Position numbers and translations under genes: made by a program. The notes beneath the pieces are model-generated. The model had not been told where the DNA came from and did no database searches. It saw only the letters and a list, made by a program, of their open reading frames with translations. A stretch of DNA of 64,000 nucleotides from contig NC_135668.1 of NCBI RefSeq assembly GCF_964188315.1, positions 37,882,001-37,946,000 of the forward strand, given 5' to 3'. The first letter of the stretch is position 1. The number at the start of each line of letters is the position of its first letter. Positions 47,442 through 57,578 of this stretch are shown in pieces. This DNA is from Podarcis muralis. Its lineage: Eukaryota.

Positions 47442-49078
47442 ATGTCGAAGGAAGAAGCGGGCTGTAAGCTGGCCTCGGTCTACAAGCACAAAGAACGCAA
47501 GCCCAAGAAGCCCCACTACATCCCCAGGCCATGGGGGAAGCCCTATAACTACAAGTGCTTCCAGTGCCCTTTCACCTGCATGGAGAAATCCCACCTTTAC
47601 AACCACATGAAGTACAGCCTGTGCAAAAACTCCCTCTCACTGCTCATCGAATCAGACTGGCCCTATAAGAAGGGCAACCTCCTGCACCCGGATCTCCGGC
47701 TCCTGCATGCCACAGAGGCTTCGCGGACTCGCGGGAGGCCCGATGAGCCTGAGATGCGTGCCTCAGGGGCCAGTGGAATCACAAACCACAAGCAGGCAGC
47801 GGACAGAGAGAGCAGCGGAGACAAACTTGCAGGAACTGAAGATCTGGCCTCGGAAAGGATGAGTGATGAAACCAACCAGTTCCAAGAGGAGGAGGAGGAA
47901 GAAGAGGAGGAGCTGTCTGGGCTGCTGCAGGACATGGACTCCGGGGAGAAGAAGGAGAAGGTGAAAGAGGCCAGCCCTGCTGGGGAGGACTCGGCAGAGC
48001 CTGACATGAACACCTTGCTCTTCCGGTTCAAAAATAAGAGGGATAAGCCTTGCAAAGACCCCACACCGGACTTCATCATCACGGATGTCTTCTCCTTGAA
48101 GAAGCACATAGTGAAGGGGAAAGAGCCGCCTCCCCCTCTGGAGTTAGAAGCCAAACCAAAGCATTGCAAAGTGCCCAAAAAGTGTCCCGGGACTGGTGGG
48201 GTCCTGATGGAACAATGGAAGCTAGTAGCCAATGGGCAAAGGAGAGGCGCCAGCGAGGTCCCAACGCTGTCTCCCGATGGCAACATCATCCCCTGTTATC
48301 CTCCTCCAGCATACGGTGAATACCATGAACCCCAGAGCCTCAACCTCTCTTTGCTGGGGATCAACTATCCATTGAACCCCAACCTCTTCTCTTATCTCAG
48401 CCCTTCTGTGACCAGCAGCCCCACGCCACACTCCCACCTGACCCAGCTGCCTTTCCTGGCCTCCACTGCCCAGCTGATGCACCCCCATTCTGCTCACTTC
48501 CAGCCCCTGCAGAACCCCGAGAGGTCAGCCTTCCTGCCCCGCTTCTACTACCCGCTCCTCTTTGAGCATTCTTTTGGTTCAGCGGAAAACAAGATGGCCG
48601 CCGCCAAGCCTGAGGCCCAGCAACAGCCCGCAGCCGCCGTGCCTGCTCCTCCCCAGGCCAAAACCCCCACAGAGCCCCCCAAAGCTGGCCTGCTGAAGGT
48701 GCCAGTGCTGAAGACCGGCCATCCTTGGGTGAAAGGGTTCCGGGAAGAGCCGCCTCCTCCAGAAACAAGCCACAAAGCATTGCTGCTCCAAGCTGAAGAG
48801 GAGAAATGGCTGCTCCACGAGAAGGAGAGCGGTTCTTTCCTGGGTGTCAACAGCCTGTGCAGAAAGCCAGTCCCTGACGCCTACCGGAGCATCGCGGGTT
48901 TAAAAGAGGGGGCCACCCTTCTCCCCAATAGTGTCAGGAAGGCAGAACTACCCATGGCCACTTGCTTGGATAGTGGAGGGACCAACCACAGCAACCTGAA
49001 GAGGAAATTTGCAGGGAACGGCCTTGATTTTGTAGGCTCTGATGTACTGACTCCTGCAAAAGTCACATACCAGGCCAG
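47442..49078 (+). CDS. PRR35: PRR35 (proline-rich protein 35, ZNF750 family), first coding exon
   Basis: ATG at 47442 in gcagccATG context; MSKEEAGCKL...KERKPKKPHYIPRPWGKPYNYKCFQCPFTCMEKSHLYNHMKYSLCKNSLSLL matches the ZNF750/PRR35 N-terminus, and PWGKPYNY plus SLSLL fit PRR35 rather than ZNF750. C-x2-C-x12-H-x5-C finger at 47556-47624. Donor CCAG|GTACGA after 49078 (phase 2). Confidence 0.93.
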
Positions 49079-49136
49079 GTACGATGCGCTACATAGCCTC
49101 CATCCCTAATACATGCTTCGTAAGATATCCTGTGTG

Positions 49137-49484
49137 GCAGGAATGGGGAATCTCAGACTCAGGGGCCAAATGCAGCCCACCAAGCCTCTCTGTCTAGCTC
49201 TTGGGATTCTCCCATCACACCCCCTGTCTCCAGGCCACACCCCTCAGCAGCCCTACTTCATACCATCCTTGAGCCTTTTTGCCTGGCTGGGATGTTTCCT
49301 TGAACTCTGATTGCACGGCTGGAGGAGAGGCCGGGGTGTGTATATGTAAAAGTAGCCCAATGTACAAAGATAACATTCACTTTCATTGCTCCACCCACTT
49401 TTGCCTCTGGCCGCAAATGGGCATGTGGCCTCTGGAAAGTTGCTTGGAAGTGAATGTGGCCCCTGAGCTGAATTAGGTTCCCAC
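49137..49484 (+). mobile_element. hAT/Charlie-like element at the start of PRR35 intron 2
   Basis: caggaatggggaatc...tttttgcctggctgggatgtttccttg...aggttcccacacctg. Confidence 0.55.
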
Positions 49485-49799
49485 ACCTGCTCTATAGCTT
49501 TGCAAGCAATTTTTCTTTTCTTTTTTTAAATGAATTTTCTGCAATATGTATACATACAAAGTGGGGAATGAGATTAGGGTTACATCCGGGGTTATCAAGC
49601 TAGGGACCTCTATCTTAACAGGCTGCTGCAGAGTCCAGACCTGATGCTGAGTGATGGGCACACAGACCAGAGACTTGTTAAAGCAAAGCTTAGAGTTGTT
49701 TGGAACACATGATGCAGTCAGGCCACTTTGGCCATTCAGGCTGTTACTGCCTACTCTGTTTTGCAGCGAGCAACCATGTATCTTCCCGCCCACCAGGCA

Positions 49800-50000
49800 C
49801 ATTGGTTACTTCCAGACAGCCTGTTCCTTGAGCATTCATCTCGATTTGTTTGCACAGGGTCTGATGGGAGGTTAGATGGCACCAGCTATTTACTGAGCAT
49901 TCATCTCAATGTATTTCTGAGGATGTTAGATGAAGTTGAGCCATTTTTATCTCCCTGCTGTCCAGTATATTTTTCTGTCACTTTCCTTATCACAAAAAGT
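49800..50000 (+). repeat. Unassigned dispersed module, copy 4 (PRR35 intron 2)
   Basis: Two tandem units plus tail GTCACTTTCCTTATCACA (49977-49994). Confidence 0.72.
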
Positions 50001-50399
50001 CTGTGGGCATGTCTTCAGGCTGCTGTGGTATTTGGCTAGGAATCAATCACATACTGGCAAATAAAGGTGATGCCATTAAAGCTGATTGGGGGTTGCTTGG
50101 GAGCTCTTGCAGAACAAACCCGCTTCCCCGAAGATTACAATAAGGGAAGTGGCTGGGAAGCTGCACTGGTAGGTGTGGGGTGACACTTACTTTGATGCAA
50201 CGTAATCTAATCTCCCTGCACACAAATCAGAAAGATTGCTCGTTAAATAGCCAACACCATGTAATCTTATATGATGTTCCTCTCACTGCCCTTATCAGAA
50301 AAGTTCATTGCAATGGTGGTGGTAGGGTTGTTGAAGAATACATGGAAATGAAAAGCTGCAATGCCCTGTGGTTAAGCCACTATACAAAACAACATCTGC

Positions 50400-50620
50400 T
50401 ACTAAGGAACTGTCATTGAAAATATTACCAAAGTGGTATTGGGCATCAAGGAAGTTATCCTTGCTGAACCCTAATGCTTCTCCTATATGTTGGAGAGGGT
50501 GAAGTTTGGTCAGTACATACCTCCACATATGGTAGGGTTGCCCCAGGTGCAAGAGTTTGGGAAGGTGGTATGCCAGGATACCAAAGTGATTCCCGGTCAA
50601 TGGATACATTGACCAATGCT
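50400..50620 (+). mobile_element. Old L1/Tx1-type ORF2 C-terminal fragment in PRR35 intron 2
   Basis: Hand translation KILPKWYWASRKLSLLNPNASPICWRG*...TYLHIW*GCP resembles the L1 CWRGC...HIWWxC knuckle, with stops. Confidence 0.6.
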
Positions 50621-51010
50621 GGTCAATACTGGACCAACATCCATCTCCAACACTGTGTTTCTGGATATAAATTTAGACATTAATCATAAAGAGCTGTTGA
50701 GCAATTGTAGCTCAGAATTGGAAGACACTTCAGAATGTAAATATTGTACAAAAAAGTGACAATGGTACAAAAAAATGTGCTCTTTCAGAGAAAAACACAA
50801 AATGCCAAATCAATTTAAATTTTGCAACATGAATTTGTTGATGTGACTGATTCCCACCCAATAATAGTTACAATCTGAAAGTGCCCCTTGCAAACTCATT
50901 CAACCAAACCAGAGAGGTCTTATTTTACCTTAGATGTTGTTCTGGTTTTTTGCCCTGCTTCATTAACAGTTCTCTTCCACCCTGTCTGTTTTTTGTCCCT
51001 CTACCTTTAG

Positions 51011-51944
51011 CAGTTTGAGAGCTGCCCCTATGCAACCCTCAAAGTCTCTGGACCATTGGCACGTAGAACTCCATGCCTGCCCACCTGAAGACCAGGAAAA
51101 GATTGGCGGCTCTGACATTTTATCCCCCATAATTACACCTTCAGACCACCTACTTCTCAAGCCAAGCAAAGCAGAAGCTGTAACTGTTGACCCGAGAGAC
51201 CCAGAGGCAACAACAGTGCTCATTGGTGACTTGTCCAAAACTTTAGAGGAGTATCAGGATGTGGAGAAGAAGCTCTCAGACCTGGCTAAAGAGGACAGCC
51301 CAGCACAGAAGCAGCTAAGGGACCAGCTAATCAAAATCCGGCAGGAACTGTTTCATATCCATCAAGCGCTGGAGAAGGCAGCCAAGCCCAGTGAGGGCCC
51401 TTTGGATCTCTCAGTGAAAAGGTCCTCAAAAGGTTTGGAGAAAGGATACCAGGACAAGAAGGAACCCAAGGATGCCCTTGGTGTTGGGAAGGTCTATGAC
51501 AAAGATCCAGGTTCCATCAATAGATGCTTGGTGGTGGGTGAAGCTAGCGAAGAGGATGAGGCATCTGATCGTCTTGTTGAGACAGAGAACAAAACCATTG
51601 ACCTGCTGATCAAAATGAGTCGTTCAGAGGCTCTCCGGAGAAGCTCCTCTTCAGACACCCACCTGGGAGCCGTCATCAAAGCCGAGGTGCTCCCACTTAC
51701 TGTCCCACTAGAACTCAGGCATGTGATGGAGCCCTATTATAGCCGTACCACCAAGTGTGAGGCAGACTCCAGTGTCCTGCTGTGCACAGATGGGAGACCC
51801 AACCCCAACCAAGGCCCACCACTTCCTGTGACCGAAGACATCCCGACAATGGGGTGTCGAGCCATCCCACGCTCCCTGTCGTGTGGTCTGCCAAACGAGA
51901 CAGACAGGGTGTGCATCCACAGTCCTATAAACACAGACCCGTGA
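51011..51944 (+). CDS. PRR35: PRR35 last coding exon
   Basis: Pyrimidine tract then tttAG|CAG acceptor; phase 2 is in frame with the upstream exon (1637+934=2571 nt, 856 aa plus stop). Encodes a coiled-coil-like segment, PLDLSVKR and TTKCEADSSV, which I recall from the PRR35 C-terminus; TGA at 51942-51944. Confidence 0.88.
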
Positions 51945-53224
51945 TCCTCTCTGTCTGCACTTGCCCAGAGCGCTTCGACATGTCCCCTGCCCACAAAACT
52001 CCCTTTCCACACTCTTCCTGCCAACTCCAACAAACAGTTGAAAAAGGCTTTGAGGTCTGGAAGGTGCCCTACCCATCACAATGGCCTCTTGAACTTTCTG
52101 CCATGGAATCCAGGTGAATCATATAGCATCCCCCTTTCAGATATTTATGAAATGGAGCTGCATTTGGAAAGTCCCATCCACACCTGTAAGTCCTCCTCTC
52201 ATTGTGTCCCCAATCTTCAGACCTGGAGATGGTTGGGGAGCAAATGAGATCAACGCCTTTTGCAAGGACATGTGTAAGAAGGGGATCTGCCCCATTTCCT
52301 CCCTTATCAGCTAAGCAAGATACATTTTCTGATAAGGCTTGCTTCCAGATTACCTGTTTATTAAGCAGTCATATGGATTAGGTTCCACAGAGTTTGTAGG
52401 GAGCTTACTTAGGAGATCCCTATCCCCCTCACAGAGCTACAACTCCCATAGTTCCTTGGGAAGATGGATTGACTGTTCTGGGAAATATAACCCCGTGAAG
52501 GGAATAGGGATCTCTTAGCAATTCTCAGCACCCTTAACAATCTAAAGTTTCCAGGAATCTTTGGGGGAAGCTGTGACTGTTTAATGTGGTATGGCACTGT
52601 TTTGTGTGTACTTACTTACTGGTTTAGGACTGGAAAATGTTGGGGAAGCTTGTCACCAGCATTGTTAGCACAACTAAAAAGCACAATTCTTTTCTTCATG
52701 TGAATTTTAAAAGCTTCCCTTTCCTGACAATATTCAGATAAGTGGTTATCTTTCTACATCACAGCTTCAATTGTTAAACTGGTTTAAGCATCATTCCCTG
52801 TCCTGTCCCTATAGTTTTATGAAAGGAGTTACTCGGGATTGGGAAAATGGAGTTCCTCCAATGTTGTTGGACACCAGCTCTCATCAACCCCAGCCAACAT
52901 GGCCGATGGGTAGGGATGATGGGAACGGTAGCCCAAAAATATCTGGAGGGTTATAGATTCAGCATCCCTGAATTTTAGCTCCAATAGAATTCACAGCAAG
53001 CAACACTTTCCAAGGATTCTTTGCTGGAAACCAAGCCACTGAAACTGGTTTAGAACTGACAGAAACTTGTAGTTTAGACAGGGCGCAAGGAAGCAAAGGA
53101 TCCCATAGCAATTCCCCGGCCCTCCCATCTGCTGAAAGAAGTGACAGTGTTCAAAATTACCGCTTGTCTTTATGCAGTCCTATGACAGGGATGGTGGATG
53201 GGGACTTGTGGCCTTCCATTGTTA

Positions 53225-53360
53225 TTAGAATGATAAGAGTTGGAAGGGACTTCCAAGGGTTATCGAGTCCAAACCCCTGCAATGCATCCGTGACAGATGG
53301 CCATCCAACCTCTGCTTAAAAACCTCCAATGAAGGAGAATGCACAACCTCCCGAAGGAGT
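53225..53360 (-). mobile_element. CR1 3' end, reverse
   Basis: agagttggaaggg...gtccaaacccctgcaatgca...ccaacctctgcttaaaaacctccaatgaagg. Confidence 0.7.
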
Positions 53361-53599
53361 CCAGGACTCTGATTGTTGGGGGTCCAGCAACATCTGGAAG
53401 GTCACAGGTTTTCTATCTCTGCACTGTGCCCTGGGAGATGGCAGCATTTTGAGATTTCAGGAGGGAAGGGAGTTTTCTTGGCCTAGCCCATGGTTCTGAG
53501 GAGGCAGTGAACACCATGTGAAGACAGTGAAGGCATCAGCATGGTGTCTTATTCCATAAGGGATTCTGCACACATTGCAGTTATTCTACACACAGAAAA

Positions 53600-53768
53600 A
53601 TACGAATTAAAAAATTGTCCAGTATTGTCTTCAGATACTTATCTGAAGAAGTGTGCATGCACACAAAAGCTTATACCCAGAACAAACTTAGTTGGACTCT
53701 ATGGTGCTACTGGACAATTTTTTAATTTATTTTGACTGCGTCAGACCAATACGGCTACCTACCTGAAT
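53600..53768 (+). mobile_element. Penelope-like element pLTR with short inverted 5' segment
   Basis: ctgaagaagtgtgcatgcacac.aaagct.atacc...aaacttagttgg.ctct..ggtgctactgga...cagaccaa.acggctacctacctg matches the reptile PLE pLTR as I recall it; inverted copy of aattaaaaaattgtccagta at the left. Confidence 0.72.
53640..53675 (+). ncRNA. Decayed minimal hammerhead ribozyme (PLE type), G12A
   Basis: TAT-CTGAAGA-a-GTGTG catg CACAC-AAAA-GC-TT-ATA: CUGANGA core, 5-bp stem II, palindromic AGCU in place of stem III; GAAA mutated to AAAA at 53665. Confidence 0.65.
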
Positions 53769-53979
53769 ACAGAAGAATATGAGTTTACCATAATGTGTAA
53801 GTTTGCCGGAAGTGTTGTTTACATCACTAGAATGCCAGAAGCTGTTTGCTAGTTTTGCTTTCGTTTCATTTCTTTAAAACAAAACAAACAAAAACACCAT
53901 ACTTACACAACACAGGCTAGCGATGTGGTTCAATTGTCAGCAGAGACTATTATGGAACAGAACTGTATTCAAGGCTGTA

Positions 53980-54115
53980 TCCACAGTGGGTATTTCCAGA
54001 TGACCTGTTTATTGAATATTCATCCTGATTTGTTTATGGGGAGGTTAGATGACATTGCAACAAAAGCAAGTATCATTTCATACTTTCTAGTCACTTTCCT
54101 TATCACACATAAGCC
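53980..54115 (+). repeat. Unassigned dispersed module, copy 5
   Basis: Shares exact GGGAGGTTAGATG (54039-54051) and GTCACTTTCCTTATCACA (54090-54107) with copy 4. Confidence 0.72.
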
Positions 54116-55048
54116 TGATTCTTTGAGGAAGCAGGTTTGTTGTGCATGAGCTCCCAATCAGCTATAACGGCACATCTTGAATATGCTGGCATGTGATTGA
54201 ATCCCACCCTAAAATAGCAACAGTCTGGATGCACTCTGCTGGCAACTGCATCCAAGGTAGGCAACTGGGTTGGGTTTTTTGTTCTTTTGTTTCTAGAGAG
54301 CTGGAAGCAGCATGAGGGAGATGACATTTGCACATCATATCAGGGATACACAAATACACAAAAAGTGACCTTACATCAAGCTGGACCATTATCCCATCTG
54401 ACCAAGCACTATCTGCTTTGATTGACAGCAGCTCTCCCAAGATCTCAGTCCATTGTGTTTTCGAGATGTGTCAAATTAATGAATTTAATAGGTTTTTGTT
54501 TCGCTGCCTTCACCATTCAAAGATTCACCAAGCCAGCTTAACATTCATCAGAACCATAAATACAGTATGGTAAAGGCAGGCACTAAAAATAAAAATACTT
54601 TTGCTGCACCATAGAAGCAGGAAGGTCGGGGAAAACTCAGATAAAACTCAAAAGCCTCATCATCAAATTAACCATGGGAAAAGGTTACTTACTACCTGTG
54701 GCTTCCAGGGACTGAACCTGCTGACTTCCATACGCCAAGCAGACGCTTTGCTACAGGGCTGTGGCTTCCACTTCTGGGCACGAAAAAGGAGGTTTGCAGG
54801 TTTTGGAGAGCGATAAAAACATGTGCACCATGGGCAGCTTTCTCAAACAACTTTCAGCTCCTAGCTCCATGGTGGCTACACAGAACCTCTGGACTCTGGA
54901 GTCAGTGGTAGTATACCACTGAATGCCCACTGTGAGGGAGCAATAACTACTACGTCCTGCTTTTAGGTTTTCCAGAGGCATTTGGTTATCCACTGTAAGA
55001 CATGGATGCTGGACAATAGGAACCATTCTTCCAATACAGCAGGGCTCT

Positions 55049-55050
<2 letters not shown>

Positions 55051-55082
<32 letters not shown>
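55051..55082. repeat. (GT)n microsatellite
   Basis: Direct read. Confidence 0.95.
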
Positions 55083-55084
<2 letters not shown>

Positions 55085-55734
55085 AACCATTTGTTAGGAA
55101 TGCCTTTCCAAAGGCAGGACCTGCCATATTCTCTTACGTAATCCACAGGAATAAGGGATCACAACTGCAGGAAAGGATGTCAAGCTAAGAGCTCAGAAGT
55201 AGTTTAATGTGTGCTAAATGTTATCACATGTGCCAGGGTTGGGGAACCTGTGGCCAGCTTTCAGCATCTCGGGTGTAGTCCAGGAATGAGAAGCTACATT
55301 CAGCCTGTGGGCTAGATCCTTAAGTCTACAGACACAGAGACTAAATTTGACAGGCAGGTAGGGTTGCCCACCTGCCAATCACCTGGTATCAAAATGACAC
55401 CAGGTAACCTATTTTTGATGGTGTGTTTTGCAAAAAAAGCACTCCCCAATCAGATGATAGCTGGTGCTTCAGAAACGCTTGCAAGGGGCTTTGCAGGCAC
55501 TTGTTCATCCAAGCTGCACCTTTACCTGCTTCACACCTGACATAATATGTGACATCAGGTGCAGGGCAGCTGAACATGGCTTGCGGGCTACATGGGGAGG
55601 CTTGATGATGCTTATAGGCTGGAGGTCCCTCACCCCGTTGCCCTCCAACAAAATCTGGAAGCCGACAGTGGATGACATAGGCCCCCATCTACACTTTACA
55701 TTTAAAGCAGGACCACTTCCCTCTAATAATCCTG

Positions 55735-55960
55735 GGAACTGTAGTCAGTTAAAGGTGCTGAGAGTTGTTAGCCGCTTCCATAACCCCTCAAAGAGCTACA
55801 ATTCCCACTGTTTACTGGGAAGAGGGATTGATTGTTAAACCACTCTGAGAATTGGAGCTCTTTGAAGGGAACAAGGAATCGCCTAACAACTCTCAGCACA
55901 CTTCACAGACTACAGTTCTCAGGATTCTTTGAAGCCCTGGCTGTTTTAAGTCGTATAATT
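55735..55960. mobile_element. Palindromic MITE-like repeat
   Basis: gggaactgtagtc...gagagttgttag...ctaacaactctcagcac...actacagttctcagg; related copies at 52425-52590 and 63515-63660. Confidence 0.5.
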
Positions 55961-57154
55961 ACTGTTTTTAAACGTGTGGTGCAGAGGAGGCCACGCTGTC
56001 TATCAGCAAAGTGCTCTACTAGCGCTGTTAATGTAGGAGGACATTTCCGCGATTTGAAAAGCTAAGCTGTGAACATCCAAACGCTGGGGTGAGAGGAGGC
56101 ACGTCCACAACATTTGCCACAACATTGTCTTGTTTGCCCACACTTCCTATCACAGCATCCACCACCACCACAATCACCCATGAAATGCAACAGTCACTCA
56201 AACACCAATGCTGGGGCAACACCCCACTGCACTTTGTGCATCAGTCAATGGCAAAACACTGGTGAATAAATGATACATGCTATATTTATTTATTTATAGT
56301 GTATGGTGCTGTGGGGAGGGATGTCACTGGGGTGGGGGGTGGGGGTGGGATAAAGAGTATTATGTGTTATTTATTGTCCACAGGTCTAAAGAATGTAAAA
56401 AATAAATAAATTAAATTTTAAAAAATGAGTGGAAGTGAATAGCCTGATCTCTTTGCTAGGGTTATTGTTGCAGAGGCAGTCTCTGCAATGAAGTAACATG
56501 GATCATTCCCTCTCCTTCTGATGTTTATGTCTTGCTTGGGTTGCCTAAACAGCATCACCCACGAGAGAGGTATTAGCAGGCCATATATATAATTTATTTA
56601 GAGCATTTGTACCCAGCTTGTACCTGAACAGCTTACAACCAGTCAATTCAAACAAGATGGGCAGTCACTGCCTGCAGGTTTACCACCTGAACAGCATGAC
56701 ACAAATGGGGGGGGGGGAGCAAACCTGGGCGCCAATTCTTAAAAGTTCCATAGTAGTCCTTGTAACAAGAAGTTCAAGTGTGACTGATGGAGCTGGTCTC
56801 TGTTGCTTAAGGGGGAAGCCTGAAAACAGTTGAATGAAGACCAGGTGTGATTAGTGGGCACAAAATTGCTAACTGACTGTTCAGGGAGAATGGACAACTG
56901 GGGAATGGAATGGAATCTCCCGAAAGAGAATTGGCTGGGTGGAAGCCTGAGCGAGAACACCCTCCAATAGCTCCGCTTGGACTCCCAACACGTTGAAATG
57001 TTTGGACGTTCCCTCACTATGGTAGCCATTTAGCTGTTAAAGCTTTGGTAATAGACTTGTCTAATATTTGGCTAAGCCTCATTATTAGAAACACATTCTC
57101 ACCCTAAGCCCTGCAGAACACTGGCTAAGATGAATTTCACTGTCTTTCCTAAAC

Positions 57155-57330
57155 CGAAACAAAATTTAAAAATTCCTTCCAGTAGCACTTAGAGACCAAC
57201 TAAGTTTGTTATTGGTATGAGCTTCCATGAGCTCAAACCAATAACAAACTTAGTTGGTCTCTAAGGTGCTACTGGAAGGAATTTTTTTATTTTGTTTCGA
57301 CTACGGCAGACCAACACGGCTACCTACCTT
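57155..57330. mobile_element. Penelope-like pLTR forming a long inverted repeat
   Basis: ~70-bp arms 57155-57223 and 57229-57299, homologous to 53669-53735. Confidence 0.75.
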
Positions 57331-57336
57331 TAACTA

Positions 57337-57578
57337 CAGTGGTACCTCGGGTTAAGAACTTAATTTGTTCTGGAGGTCCGTTCTTAACCTGAAACTGTTC
57401 TTAACATGAGGTACCACTTTAGCTAATGGGGCCTCCCACTACCGTTGTGCGGCCACCACGCAATTTCTGTTCTCATGCTGAAGCAAAGTTCTTAACCCGA
57501 GGTACTATTTCTGGGTTAGTGGAGTCTGTAACCTGAAGTGTCTGTAACCTGAAGTGTCTGTAACCCGAGGTACCACTG
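57337..57578 (-). mobile_element. Tc1/mariner-type MITE next to a Penelope-like pLTR
   Basis: Both TIRs intact, TA TSD; inserted immediately after the pLTR end. Confidence 0.87.

Noticed and set aside
47663-48289. 208-aa antisense ORF and other ORFs overlapping PRR35 exons
   Set aside because: Shadow frames of a GC3-rich coding exon; Ser/Phe-rich with no recognisable domain.
53999-54030. SECIS-like ATGA-N11-AA-N10-GA in module copy 5
   Set aside because: The would-be helix II strands are not complementary and the spacing is too short.
54588-54593. AATAAA as the PRR35 poly(A) signal
   Set aside because: One of several candidates (also ~56265, ~56401) in AT-rich sequence; cannot be chosen without 3'-end data.
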